Part shown: one piece after another, positions 12,501-21,886 of the stretch
Layout: the number at the start of each line of letters is the position of its first letter
Position numbering within the stretch: the stretch's first letter is position 1
From: an uncultured delta proteobacterium
GTDB lineage: Bacteria > Myxococcota_A > Polyangia > Polyangiales > Polyangiaceae
Assembly: GCA_963716725.1 (NCBI GenBank)
Contig: CAVQUB010000007.1
Location: forward strand, 128,001-192,000
DNA length: 64,000 nt
Direction: 5' to 3'
Translations under genes and position numbers: made by a program
Notes under the pieces: generated by a model
Seen by the model: the letters and a program-made list of their open reading frames with translations, nothing else
Told to the model about the DNA's origin: nothing
The model's database searches: none

Positions 12501-13265
12501 TACCCCGGAGCTGACCGGCTCGTTCACCCGCAAGAAGCACCCCTCCTGCTTGGTGTCGAGGACTCGTGGAGGCACGAAGGCGCCCGGCGTCGCGCTCCAG
12601 CGAGCCGGCCAGGGTCCGGGCCGCTCCGCGTCGAAGCCTCGATACGAGTCCGGTGCCGCGCCGCGGCCGAAGGGTCCGGCCAGTCGCAGGTGATCGACAC
12701 AGCCGTACTCACGGGCCGAGAGCTGCTCGACGTTCTTGGTCGCGCCCGCGTAGGCCTCGTCTGCCCACCACTCGACCAGCTCGGCGCGCGCTCGCCAGCC
12801 CATGGCCAGCGGTTCCTTCATCGCGTCCGAAACGAACGAGCGCCAACGCGGCCAGAGATCCTTGCCATGGTTGCGCAGCGCGACCGCGCGGTTCGCCGCG
12901 AACCAGGCCACGATGGGCGCCCGCGGATCGCTCGACGCCCGTGCCGCGCGGGTGGCGTTCAAATAGTGATCCGGTGCCTGCTGCATCTTGCCGTGGATGG
13001 CGTCGTCGAGCCCGCGAGCGAGGTGCGCGAGCATGCCGCCGCCTCCGATCTCCTCGAGCCGAGTTCGTGCTCGCGCGGCCGTGCGGGCGTCGCCGCCGGG
13101 CGAGATCATTTCGAGCAGCAGCCACTCGCCCGCGAGCTCGGCGCTGGTCGTGGTGGGGCCGACGCGCCGCAGCTCGCCCAGGGGCGTCTGCGCGTGCTCT
13201 GCGCCACGGCCGCCCGTGCAGGCGGCGAGCACGGAGAGCAGAACCAAGAAGAACCAATGCTTCAC
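9513..13265 (-). CDS. Large lipoprotein: TPR + DUF3857-like + degenerate transglutaminase-like domain
   Basis: Lipobox LAAC; FPHLEVGDYIE DUF3857-type motif; catalytic-Cys position reads GKRGNR. Confidence 0.8.
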   Translation of the reverse strand: MKHWFFLVLLSVLAACTGGRGAEHAQTPLGELRRVGPTTTSAELAGEWLLLEMISPGGDARTAARARTRLEEIGGGGMLAHLARGLDDAIHGKMQQAPDHYLNATRAARASSDPRAPIVAWFAANRAVALRNHGKDLWPRWRSFVSDAMKEPLAMGWRARAELVEWWADEAYAGATKNVEQLSAREYGCVDHLRLAGPFGRGAAPDSYRGFDAERPGPWPARWSATPGAFVPPRVLDTKQEGCFLRVNEPVSSGVFYAETFLELESSMEVIIAAQGALALFIDDAKLLDRDPRIWGVWPRFGVQVWLDAGRHRVVARLADPQTSLRVLRADGRPADVKASSDAAAPYSVVPPKVVGDPNVVSRHIAASGVVDPGDDVSRFLLAYLAYAEGQGDVAAVLTEPLIKDNAKATGLVLGASATFADKDPLFDPTSVRDLARELHGRAIKKDPKLWQSELSLALWEGERAGPTEAVRRLRGLTEAYPEVSGLLFALARLYGELGWSAEYTEAAKKLAERFPDDVEALSAALSVHEVQGDRARADALAARIRRLDPDSEVGLTRALAREDYAAALTELRRIGARHPERKDLAERIFDVMVRAGNTSETWKKLEAAIDKSPLDGAARLALADARYGAGKRDSLRKALVDALASGAGTGALEEALDLVEGTTELEHYRLDARAIIRDYEASGIALQGTAARVLDYAAIWVHDDGSSRMLEHEVIRIQSPEAIGKLAEHPKLEGVVLHARVIKKDGRVLEPEEVVGKPTITFPHLEVGDYIETEHVMSKAGDGRGKQYVSPHWFFREENIAYARSEFVMIVPDSKDLAIETHGNVPPPAIEKKDGIVSRRWRVDKSPAAEVEPGSPPITEFLPSVRVGWGISLEERVAVLGDSLAEAAPVDPRIRRIATKIVSPLPRTETRERTRKLYRWVLSNVEEGPEADGRRVIVGKRGNRWRAFMTLCRSLGIKTEYAVAKNRLSPAAPGQITQATQYVEPLVRVSTGQGPIWLTVASKFAPFGYVPAEIRGVEAFVLTEAGPKKIVTPAGGTEDSVTYEGTVDLAADGSAKLDLVQSFSGKYAMAVRSAFIQLPESQLRDLVESKLLGRALRGARLLSHEITHLDDLDHPLLLKMKAEMPGFAQSVGGDLSISPPFSPRVAQLATLPARQTPLMIGEATHQEIRLRIQPPKGAAPRDVLAGVTIKDADRSVTIADRLDGSVLLLDRVLDIPAGRVTPEAYPAFLDFARRADAALGRDVRLRLGR

Positions 13266-16200
13266 GGCGTCACCACCAAGCGTGCGCCAATGGCGCGGTC
13301 CACGTCTTCGCAGAACTTCTTGAACGCCGGGTATTGGGCCGGCGTGACTCGAGTCGCGCTCACCTCGATTCGGGTCTTCACCGTCACCTGGGCGCCCTGG
13401 ACCGTGACCTCCACCGCAAACGATCCGAAGGCGGACTTGCCCGAGCTGCTGACCGGTGACGATTTGACCTTGGTGCCCGCGGGAAGCTTCACGACAATGG
13501 TGTCATCGATGGTCGAGAACGACGGGATCCGCACGTCTTGCTTGCGCTGGGAGAGCGCCGCGTAGTTGGTCGTCAAGCGAACGCTCGGCGTGACGGACAT
13601 GCTCGAGACGTCGCCCTCCTTCCGGGCAAAGCCGCGCGCCGTGCCGCGCACCGTGAGCTTGGGGCTGACCTCGAGGTTCTCGAGATCTCCGGCCACGATG
13701 CCGGCGGCGCCCGGGTTGATCTCGAAGCCAGGGAACTCGCGGCCGAGATCCGTGTTCACGCGCGTGCGCCGCGTCGACTCGGCGTGATAGCGGCGCCGCC
13801 AGTCCGCCGCCTCGGCGCCCCGGGCTTCGTAGTCGAGCTCGAGCTTCGCGTCCCCGGTCGGGCTGAGCGCTGCGGTCACCGTGCGCGCGAGCACGCTCTT
13901 CTTCGCGTCGCGCTCCGGCACGCGAACCAGCTTCGAGTCCCCTTTGTTCACCAAGAGCGCCAGCGCGCCGGCGTCCATGTCGGGGAGTTCGGAGGAGCCG
14001 GTGTACTCAGCGGTTCCGTCCAGGTAGAGATCGAGGGACGGCACGTAGGCGATAGCGTGATCGAAGGCCGCCAGGCTCGGGACCTTCGAGCGGAAGTCGC
14101 CGCGCATCTGGGTGCGCAAGATCACGATGGTCGACGGCACGCCGAGCTCCTCGAGCAGGGTGACGATCACCGTCGCCTTGTCTTTGCAGTCGCCCCACCC
14201 CCGGGTGACGGTCTGCACGCAGCGTCGGGGTTTGTAGCCGTAGATGCCGAACTCGAGGGCAACATAGCGGGTGTTCTTGACCACCCAGTTGTAGACCGCC
14301 TTGACCTTGTCGAGGTCGGTCTTGGCTCCCTTGGCCACCTCGTGCGCCAGCTTCTTGGTCTCGGCGTCGAGGTCGAACTGCTCCTTGACCAGTCCCCAGT
14401 ACCAGCGCCCCAGATCCTTCCAGTCTTTGTAGGTCGAGACGTGCACGAAGCCGAGCACCTCGGACCACGGAGGCATGGCGCCCTCGGGATTCAGGGCCGG
14501 CACCTTGGCGGCGCTGAAGCGATATACGCGCTGATCGCCGCGATCGAGGGTCTCGCGCTTCAGACCCGGGACCTGCTCGTCGATGTAAAACGTGCGTTTC
14601 TTCGGGGTGATCAGCACGTATTCCGCGTTCTGCACCGGCTCGCTCGACTGGAGGTAGACCACCTCGCCGAAGTAGTCGGCGTAGTCGTTGCGCGACGTGA
14701 CCTCGTCGATGCGGTATCTGAGCTCGACGACGTCGCCGGGGTCGAGGCGTGGGAACTGCACGTAGAAGTTCCGCGCCGAGGTGTACATGCTGATCGAGGG
14801 ATCGTCCGCGGCCCCCTCGCCGTATTCGACGGCTTCGTCCGTGCGTCCATCGCCTCGGTAGACGCGCGCGCCGCGGAGCTGAACCACCTCCCGATCCGAC
14901 TCGTACTGGAAAGCGTACTGTCGGGCCAAGGCAGCGCCTGCGTCGTTGAGGGGCTGGAACACGACCTGACGGAACTTGCCGCTGAGGCCGTTCTCGTAGA
15001 CCGTGGTCACGGTCAGGTCGCGGAGCACACGCTTGTTCTGCCCGGCCGCCGGCGCGTGCCGCAGCTTCAGGAACTTCTCGCTCTTCCAGGCCCACGCCTC
15101 GTCGGGTCGCGGCTTCTGGGGCTCGATGTGCTCGACGTACTCCCGCACGTCCTTGTCCTGCGGTCGGATCTTCAAAATGCTCCGAAGCAAGGTCAGCTGT
15201 TCGTCGCGTCGCCCCAGCTCGCCCTGCAAATCTGCCAGTGCGCGCAGGGTGCCGACGTCCTCCGGAGCGAGGGCCAGCGCGCGCTGATAGGTGGCGATGG
15301 CGCGCTCCGCCTGGCCCTGAGCCCGGAACGCTCGGGCGGCGACCCCATGGGACCACTGGCTGTCCGGATCGATCTCCAGCAAGCGTTCGACCCAGCGTGT
15401 GGTCGCCGCGCGGTCCCCACGGGACAGCGCTAGATCGATCTGCCCGTTCAGGAACGCCGGATCGTCGAAGCGCAACGCAGCGTAGCGTGCCTCGCTCTCG
15501 TTGGCCTCGGTGGCGCGCCCCAGCGATCGCAGCTGAGAGGCGTGCATGTTGAGCAGGGAGAGCGCCCTCGGGTTGCGGTCGATGGCGGCTTCCAACGTCG
15601 CCAGCGCCGTTCGCTTGAGCCCCGCGATGTTGTAGGTCGCGACACGGCCGGCGATGGCGTCCACCTGATCGGGATCGATGGCGAGCACCCGGTCGAAGTA
15701 GCGCGTTGCGGTCTGCCAGCTCAGCCCCGTGCGCGCCAGATCGGCCCGTGCGAGCAACACGTCCACGTCCTCTTTGCCACGCTTCTTTGCCAGCGCCTCC
15801 GCCTTGTCGACCCAATCGCGGCGCTGATTGCGATCTTCGCTGAGCTCACCCGCGAGCAGCAGGCGGTCCACGGTGGGCTCCAGCTCGGCCGCGCGTCGCG
15901 CGGCGTCGCGCGCTTCGTGTTTGTTCTGGTCGTCGCCGCTGGTCGCCGCCAGGTAGCGCGCCCAAGCCTCGAGGTCCGATGCTCGCGGCGCCTTGCCGCC
16001 CACCACCGCTGCGAAGGCCTGCACCGGTCCCAGGGGGCCGCGAGCCGGCGCGGCTTTCATCGGGGCCTTCTTGTCTGTCTTGTTGGGCGCGAGCTTGGCC
16101 GCCTCGGCGCTCGCTGCCAGATCGTTGCTGGTCTCTAGTGCCGTGTCCGGCGCGCCCTTCGCGTCCGCGAGCCGCACGGAAACTGCGGGCGGAGCGTCGT

Positions 16201-16966
16201 CGCTGCACACCTTGACGGTCAGATCGTTGTACCCCGGCGCGAGCGTCAGCTGGGTCGCGAAGCGATCCGCGTCGTGGCCCCGGTAGGCCGGGTCTTCGAG
16301 GGCCGCGCGCCCATTCCAGTAGAGCCTGAAGCTGCCGCTCGCTCCGACCCAAGCGCTGATGGTTCGCGGCGCCTTCGAGCCGGCCTTGGCCCGGACGAAG
16401 GTCGTGGCAAACGCGCACACCTTCCGGTCCGGTCTCAGGAGCGATCCGAAGTCGACGTACCCAAATGGAAAGGCGTCGGGCGCGACGCGCCACCGCACGG
16501 GTCGCTCCTTGCCCGAGTAGGCGCGGCCCGGCACGATGGCCTGCGCGAAGTCCGCCTCCGGTCCGTGCTCGACACCGAGGCCACCGCGATCTTCGTTGTC
16601 GAAAGGCCCCACCACCAACCAACGCCTGACGAATCCCAGGGAGTCGACCTTCGATCGCGCCGCCGCGACGTCACCACGACGCATGCGCGCGTAGGCGCCG
16701 AGCAAACCGGCGTAGGCGCGCACCGGGGCGTCGAGCCTGCCGCTTTGCTCCGCCGCCGCGAGCGCCTCCTCGACGTGGGTAGGATCGGCGCGGTCCCAGG
16801 TGTTCCACACCCCCCGCAGCGCCTCGTAGGCCTGCGCGCCGCGGGCGCCGTCGAGTCGCGAGAGCTCCTTTTTCAGCGCCGGATGAAACTGGCCCAGGTT
16901 CGCGTCCGAATGCGAAGCGAGGCAGCACGTCGCCAGCGCGAAAAGCCAGAAAGCACAGCGTTTCAC
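13262..16966 (-). CDS. Large secreted protein: TPR + DUF3857 + transglutaminase-like domain with intact triad
   Basis: Signal peptide after GTG 16966; FPRLDPGDVVELRY; GWGDCKDKA, FDHAIAY, LYLDGT. Confidence 0.88.
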   Translation of the reverse strand: MKRCAFWLFALATCCLASHSDANLGQFHPALKKELSRLDGARGAQAYEALRGVWNTWDRADPTHVEEALAAAEQSGRLDAPVRAYAGLLGAYARMRRGDVAAARSKVDSLGFVRRWLVVGPFDNEDRGGLGVEHGPEADFAQAIVPGRAYSGKERPVRWRVAPDAFPFGYVDFGSLLRPDRKVCAFATTFVRAKAGSKAPRTISAWVGASGSFRLYWNGRAALEDPAYRGHDADRFATQLTLAPGYNDLTVKVCSDDAPPAVSVRLADAKGAPDTALETSNDLAASAEAAKLAPNKTDKKAPMKAAPARGPLGPVQAFAAVVGGKAPRASDLEAWARYLAATSGDDQNKHEARDAARRAAELEPTVDRLLLAGELSEDRNQRRDWVDKAEALAKKRGKEDVDVLLARADLARTGLSWQTATRYFDRVLAIDPDQVDAIAGRVATYNIAGLKRTALATLEAAIDRNPRALSLLNMHASQLRSLGRATEANESEARYAALRFDDPAFLNGQIDLALSRGDRAATTRWVERLLEIDPDSQWSHGVAARAFRAQGQAERAIATYQRALALAPEDVGTLRALADLQGELGRRDEQLTLLRSILKIRPQDKDVREYVEHIEPQKPRPDEAWAWKSEKFLKLRHAPAAGQNKRVLRDLTVTTVYENGLSGKFRQVVFQPLNDAGAALARQYAFQYESDREVVQLRGARVYRGDGRTDEAVEYGEGAADDPSISMYTSARNFYVQFPRLDPGDVVELRYRIDEVTSRNDYADYFGEVVYLQSSEPVQNAEYVLITPKKRTFYIDEQVPGLKRETLDRGDQRVYRFSAAKVPALNPEGAMPPWSEVLGFVHVSTYKDWKDLGRWYWGLVKEQFDLDAETKKLAHEVAKGAKTDLDKVKAVYNWVVKNTRYVALEFGIYGYKPRRCVQTVTRGWGDCKDKATVIVTLLEELGVPSTIVILRTQMRGDFRSKVPSLAAFDHAIAYVPSLDLYLDGTAEYTGSSELPDMDAGALALLVNKGDSKLVRVPERDAKKSVLARTVTAALSPTGDAKLELDYEARGAEAADWRRRYHAESTRRTRVNTDLGREFPGFEINPGAAGIVAGDLENLEVSPKLTVRGTARGFARKEGDVSSMSVTPSVRLTTNYAALSQRKQDVRIPSFSTIDDTIVVKLPAGTKVKSSPVSSSGKSAFGSFAVEVTVQGAQVTVKTRIEVSATRVTPAQYPAFKKFCEDVDRAIGARLVVTP

Positions 16967-17268
16967 GGCCGGACCATAAGCACCGGTCCGAGGGACCTGC
17001 AATTCTCTCCGCCCGAGCGCGAGCCCCGGGGCCGGACCGCGCAGAAATCCGCAGGTTTCCCCGGCTCGTGAGCCACCCCGCGAGGCGGTGCTTGCTGGCC
17101 CGTAGGGTGTTCGGTAGAAGGGTGGAACGCTATCAGGCTCGAACCCTTCGTTCTCCGGCGGTTTTCGTCGAAGCGCGGGGGGAACAACTGGGACGGCACT
17201 TAGCAAGCCGTTTCGGTGCCGCGTAGGCGGCGCTCGTGAGTGAGCACGAGCGGCTTGCGGAGGTTCGG

Positions 17269-17751
17269 ATGGTTAACCCGCAGATGGTGATGTACGAAGA
17301 GGAGTTCAACCAGATCCAGACGGTCGTAGACCGCCTGGTGAAGGAAGCGAACGCCAGAGTCGTCTTCATCGTCGACAAGAATGGGCAGCTCATCGCAGCA
17401 GCTGGCGACATCGACAACTTGGATACGACGTCGCTCGCCTCGCTGACGGCGGGCAACATCGCCGCTACCGGCGGCATCGCAAAGCTCCTACGTGAGAACG
17501 AGTTCGCAGCTCAGTTCCACGAAGGGGAGAAGGCGAACATCCACATTCAGCTCGTCGGCAACCGCGTGATTCTCGTGGTGATCTTCGACGCCAAATCGAG
17601 CCTCGGGCTGGTACGCCTGCGGGTGCGCAAGGCGACGGACGAGCTGAATCGGATCTTCGAGGCCTTACTCTCGAAGGTGGCGGCGCCCGGCGCAGACTCG
17701 CCGTTCGCCGAAATCACCGACGAAGACATCGACAACCTCTTCAACGACTGA
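17269..17751 (+). CDS. mglB: Gliding-motility polarity protein MglB (roadblock-domain GAP)
   Basis: VMYEEEF, DTTSLASLTAGNIAATGG, SSLGLVRLRV, EITDEDIDNLFND; directly upstream of mglA. Confidence 0.96.
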   Translation: MVNPQMVMYEEEFNQIQTVVDRLVKEANARVVFIVDKNGQLIAAAGDIDNLDTTSLASLTAGNIAATGGIAKLLRENEFAAQFHEGEKANIHIQLVGNRVILVVIFDAKSSLGLVRLRVRKATDELNRIFEALLSKVAAPGADSPFAEITDEDIDNLFND

Positions 17752-17766
17752 GGAGAGGTCCGGGCG

Positions 17767-18354
17767 ATGAGCTTCATCAACTACATGGCCCGGGAGATCA
17801 ACTGCAAGATCGTCTACTACGGGCCCGGGCTCTGCGGGAAAACGACGAACCTGCAGTACATCTACGAGCGCACGAACCCCGACGCGAAGGGCAAGATGAT
17901 CAGCCTCGCGACGGAGACGGAGCGCACGCTCTTCTTCGACTTCCTGCCGCTCTCGCTCGGTGAGATCCGCGGATTCAAGACGCGCTTCCACCTCTACACG
18001 GTGCCCGGTCAGGTGTTCTACGACGCCAGCCGCAAGCTCATCCTCAAGGGTGTGGACGGCGTCGTCTTCGTGGCCGACTCGCAGATCGAGCGCCTCGAAG
18101 CCAACCAAGAGAGTTTGGACAACCTTCGCACCAACCTGGCGGAGCAGGGCTACTCTCTCGAGAAGCTCCCCTACGTGATCCAGTACAACAAGCGCGATCT
18201 GCCCAACGCCGTCGAAGTCGCCGAGCTTCGCGAGCTTCTGAATCCCACCGGCGTGCCCGACTACGAGGCCAACGCGCGCTCCGGCATGGGCGTGTTCGAC
18301 ACGCTGAAGGCCGTGAGCAAGCTGGTGCTCACCGAGCTGAAGCGCGGCGGCTGA
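17767..18354 (+). CDS. mglA: Ras-like GTPase MglA
   Basis: [38 protein letters not shown]. Confidence 0.98.
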   Translation: MSFINYMAREINCKIVYYGPGLCGKTTNLQYIYERTNPDAKGKMISLATETERTLFFDFLPLSLGEIRGFKTRFHLYTVPGQVFYDASRKLILKGVDGVVFVADSQIERLEANQESLDNLRTNLAEQGYSLEKLPYVIQYNKRDLPNAVEVAELRELLNPTGVPDYEANARSGMGVFDTLKAVSKLVLTELKRGG

Positions 18355-18382
18355 GCGCGTTGTTGCGGCGCGCACGCGGCAG

Positions 18383-18862
18383 TCAGACGACGAGCGTCGA
18401 CTGCAGCTGACGATGTGCCTCGAAGAGTACGATCGCCAAGGCCACCGCGAGGTTCAGGCTTCGAGTCTGACCTAGAGACGGCACCGTCACGATCGCCGTC
18501 GCGGCGTCGAGCTCGGCCTGAGGGAGGCCTTGGCTTTCGGAGCCAAAGAGGAGCAGATCCGTCGGCGCGAATCGAAACCGCGTGAGGTCGGTCGCCTGGG
18601 ATTGTGCCGCGGTTGCGATGACTCGGCCAGGGTGGCTTCGGAGGACTCGCTCAGGTTCCTCGACCCGTATCCAGTGGATCTTGCTGAACGCTCCGGCCGA
18701 AACGACGCGCATCTCCCGCGACCGGGACTTGCCATAGCGATCGCGAATCAGCCGCCGTGGATCGAAGACATGGCACTCGGACAGGCCGAAGACTTCGAGG
18801 GTTCGAGCGAGCACGCAGAGATTGCGAAAGTCCTGCGGTGCGTACAGAAACACGTTCGCCAT
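18383..18862 (-). CDS. SpoU/TrmH family RNA methyltransferase
   Basis: PQDFRN, LLFGSESQGL, RSLNLAVA SPOUT motifs. Confidence 0.88.
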   Translation of the reverse strand: MANVFLYAPQDFRNLCVLARTLEVFGLSECHVFDPRRLIRDRYGKSRSREMRVVSAGAFSKIHWIRVEEPERVLRSHPGRVIATAAQSQATDLTRFRFAPTDLLLFGSESQGLPQAELDAATAIVTVPSLGQTRSLNLAVALAIVLFEAHRQLQSTLVV

Positions 18863-18870
18863 CTGTCTCG

Positions 18871-19251
18871 TCAGCCCACCCTTCTCGGCAGCCGCCCGAC
18901 CTCCTTCACTCGAAACTTCACGATCTTCGCGATCAACGCCAGGGGCATCGGCTCATCGAGGGGGAACTGAACGGAGCCTTTCGCGCTCTTGTATCCGGCC
19001 AGCTCCTTCTTGAATGCGGCGATACCGGACGGAGAGGGATAGAACCCGATGTGCCTCGCGAAGGCGGCGAAGTGCACCAGATTCTCGTGGAGGACGAAGG
19101 TCGGAATGCCGTACTTGATGGTCTCGGTGGCGGCGGGCGCCGACTTCTGCACGGTCGCCCTCAGCTGCTCCAGCAACGCTCGCACCTCCGGCCGACAGCC
19201 TGCGATGTAGGCGTCGACATTCTTGGGCTTTGACTTCGCGCCGACGCTCAC
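18871..19251 (-). CDS. DUF1801/YdhG family protein
   Basis: VDAYI..., ETIKYGIPTF, HIGFYP, KGSVQFPLDEPMP. Confidence 0.88.
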   Translation of the reverse strand: MSVGAKSKPKNVDAYIAGCRPEVRALLEQLRATVQKSAPAATETIKYGIPTFVLHENLVHFAAFARHIGFYPSPSGIAAFKKELAGYKSAKGSVQFPLDEPMPLALIAKIVKFRVKEVGRLPRRVG

Positions 19252-19361
19252 TTGCCCGCAGCATAGCGTAGAAGCGCAAGACCTCCGCCGAAAGGCCGCG
19301 CTCACCCGGGCGGCGCGCCTTCGACCTGGTCATCAGGCTTCGTCGACCGCAGTCCACACCG

Positions 19362-20045
19362 CTACCATGGCGCCGAAGCGCCCGGCATCGCGAAGTAGCC
19401 GGCTTCGATCGCCATCACGGCGAGCAGCCACAGCGTCGCTTCTTCGTCGAGCGCTGGCGCGAGCCACGCGCAGAACGGCTCTGGCACCGTCGGCAACGCT
19501 GACTCGGGCTCGGTGGCGTGTCTGACGCGGGCCAGGTCGCGACCGCGCAAGAACAGGCGCCCCCCGTCGGAGCCTCTTTGGTAGGCGCCCAGTTCGCCAC
19601 CGTGCGGATCGGAGATGCGGCCCGTCGCGAGGCCGAGCACGCCAAACTCGGATCGATTCACCCAGATCCGACAGTCCGACGGCGTGAAGCTGATGTCGAG
19701 CCGAGTCCAGTGGGTGAGCACGGTGATCTCGCCGCCCTTGCTGCGCTTCTCTGCGCTGAAGCGCGCCAGCTCGCCGCGAGTGCGACAGGAGTGCATGCCA
19801 GCCGTCATGCGGAACACCCGTCTCCCGCCCATCGGCCGGTAGAAGTGCCAGCTGCCGACGCTGTTTCGGGAGACCTCGGCGAGGGTCTGGCTGGTCCAGT
19901 CTTCGAGCCCGTCCGCGCTGCCCGAGGCGATCTGGGCAGCCGTCACGTCGGACTCCTGTTTGTTGAAGAGCACGCCGAGCATCGCGGCAAGGACCACGAC
20001 GAACGCGCCACAGCCGATGAGCCCGCCGATCAGTCCGAGGATCAA
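19362..20045 (-). CDS. Hypothetical membrane-anchored protein (most distal recognisable cassette)
   Basis: TTG start with purine-rich SD-like sequence, N-terminal TM helix; follows the attC at 20208; start uncertain. Confidence 0.6.
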   Translation of the reverse strand: MILGLIGGLIGCGAFVVVLAAMLGVLFNKQESDVTAAQIASGSADGLEDWTSQTLAEVSRNSVGSWHFYRPMGGRRVFRMTAGMHSCRTRGELARFSAEKRSKGGEITVLTHWTRLDISFTPSDCRIWVNRSEFGVLGLATGRISDPHGGELGAYQRGSDGGRLFLRGRDLARVRHATEPESALPTVPEPFCAWLAPALDEEATLWLLAVMAIEAGYFAMPGASAPW

Positions 20046-20207
20046 CGGCTCCGCCTTCCTGTCGCGACTTGACGCGCGTCTTTGGTGCAACGAAGAGCCG
20101 TCGCCTTGGCGGCGTCGGTCCCGATTTGGGCTGCGAGCGGACGGAGCCTCACGGTCTCTGTCTAGCGGAGTCCGCTCCGGTTGCCAAAGGCCAGGCTCCA
20201 GACCGTC

Positions 20208-20350
20208 GCACAACAACCTGGCGTTCACCCGCGAACGCCGCGCATCATCGTAACGGACGGCGTGGCGCTTTTTGAGGCCGCTCGCTCGCCCGAGCCGTCA
20301 TCGCGCCAGAAGTCGCGGCGTTGTTCCTCGGTGTGCCGCGACCGATAGCT
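20208..20350 (-). mobile_element. attC-K (family 1, R''-side arm degenerate)
   Basis: + strand GCACAAC-8nt-GTTCACCCGCGAACGCC; other end decayed (GATAGCT instead of GTTRRRY). Confidence 0.7.
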
Positions 20351-20401
20351 GGCGCGGAAGCTAGCCTCAGCCCTTCGACGCCAACGCTGCGGCCGGCAGT
20401 G

Positions 20402-21250
20402 TCACCGCTCGAGCGGCCGGTACAGTGGGCTGTTGCACCTGGGGTCGAGCCCGAGATCGCGCACCCGGCAACGCCCGCCAACGCAGGCCGCCTGCAACGA
20501 ATCATCAATGCCCTCGGAGAGGCAATCTGGACAGCCGCCCTTGGTCTTGCAACGAGCATTCTTGCGGCGATCAACGGCGATCACCTGGTCTCCGGACGCG
20601 ACGCCGCAGTAGCAGCAGTCCTCGGCCATCAGCGCGCAGTGGGCATCTGCCGAGCAACTGGCCAGCGCTGCCGGCATCACGCGGCGCAAGAGCTTTGGGG
20701 GTCGGACTCTTGGGCACGACGACTTGGTCGTGACGTCGCAACGCGTCTCGACCACGACGCAGCGACGGTTCACACATTCGGCGCTCAAGCCCGACGGAAA
20801 TCCCGAGGCGCACGCCGGGCAGTTGGAGGTGCAGAGCACGTCGTCACCGGAGTCGACGGCCCGCACCTGCTGTGCGCTCAGGGCACCGCAAGGCGGGCAA
20901 CACGCGGCGGGGCGCAGCAGGCATTGATCGTTGCGCGTACAGGAGGCGCGGCGCGCGCTCTGTCCGAGCACGCTGCGCTTGCACTCCGGTCGCGCGGCAT
21001 CGACACCAGCAGCGCGACCGGAATCAGCGTCAGGGACCGAGGTGGAATCGCGCGACGCATCGGGACTGGAAGCGTCGACCGCATCCTGCGCATCCGCCTC
21101 CGGAGCCCAGGTGGCGCTGGCGCCCGGTCCGTCAGCCGCCTCGCCGCCGGCATCCCCAGGCATCAGGGGTTGCGGGGCTTTGGGCGCCCGACAATGCGTG
21201 AGCGCGAGGGCCACGCCGAAGCTCGTCAGGGCGAAGCGAGTGCGACTCAT
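20402..21250 (-). CDS. Cys-rich lipoprotein with two internal repeats (cassette gene)
   Basis: Signal ending LTHC, D/A/S-rich linker, two units of C..C.L....CC..CG..S..QV.AVD..C..CP.C.S..CV..RC. Confidence 0.75.
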   Translation of the reverse strand: MSRTRFALTSFGVALALTHCRAPKAPQPLMPGDAGGEAADGPGASATWAPEADAQDAVDASSPDASRDSTSVPDADSGRAAGVDAARPECKRSVLGQSARRASCTRNDQCLLRPAACCPPCGALSAQQVRAVDSGDDVLCTSNCPACASGFPSGLSAECVNRRCVVVETRCDVTTKSSCPRVRPPKLLRRVMPAALASCSADAHCALMAEDCCYCGVASGDQVIAVDRRKNARCKTKGGCPDCLSEGIDDSLQAACVGGRCRVRDLGLDPRCNSPLYRPLER

Positions 21251-21449
21251 CGGCCTCGCCTCGAGCTTACGCCAAAGCCGCGACTTTGCGGCGCGAGAGC
21301 TGAGGAGGCAGGCTACGCTCTTTCGCGTTCGTGGATGGACAGATCGTGTTGGCGATCACTGGGACGTGTGGCATCCCGCCGATCGCCGCGAGCCCGGGCG
21401 AGTTCAAGTCGTTCAAAGAGCTGGTCGTCCAGAACTGGGTGCGTGGACG

Positions 21450-21560
21450 CTAGGAGGTCTGGATCAAACGATCGTGGAGCCAGAACACCTCCGTCGGCGA
21501 GAGGTGCCTCATGCCAGGGGTCGATAGAGCTCTGCGTTCCTGCGGAGCATCTGTTCGGCG
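21450..21560 (-). pseudogene. Remnant of a Doc(Fic)-type toxin-antitoxin pair
   Basis: AEQMLRRNAELYRPLA-stop overlaps by ATGA (21512-21509) with MRHLSPTEVFWLHDRLIQTS-stop, resembling an antitoxin C-terminus and a Doc N-terminus. Confidence 0.6.
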
Positions 21561-21683
21561 CGCGTCGGGCGCGCCGACCGGTGCGATCCGGGCGGGGGAT
21601 CACGAGCGGAAGCGAGGCCCTACAACCGCTGTGTGGCACGGCGGTCGGGGCGCCGGGCCCCCGCTGTAACGTGGCGGAGTCTG

Positions 21684-21849
21684 TATCAACGATCCGGCGT
21701 TCACCCGCGAACGCCGAGACCAAGAGATACCAGAGAGCGCGGCGCTGCACACGCGGGCGAGTGCCGCAGACAGGGCGAGCGCCCGCGACGCGCGACGGAC
21801 GGAGAAGTCGGCAAGGCCGGCGTTCGTCGGGTGGAACGGCCAGTTATGC
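21684..21849 (-). mobile_element. attC-J (family 1, 166 bp)
   Basis: TATCAAC GATCCGGC GTTCACCCGCGAACGCC ... GGCGTTCGTCGGGTGGAAC GGCCA GTTATGC. Confidence 0.92.
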
Positions 21850-21886
21850 GGCTGTCGGCAGGGCGCAATCGAGCTATGCTTCAGGC

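Noticed and set aside
10797..15815. Long alternative-frame and antisense ORFs over the large genes (also over pntAB and tamB)
   Set aside because: Expected in high-GC coding DNA; Arg/Ala/Gly-rich with no motifs
16967..17268. Possible sigma54 promoter upstream of mglB
   Set aside because: Poor match to TGGCAC-N5-TTGC
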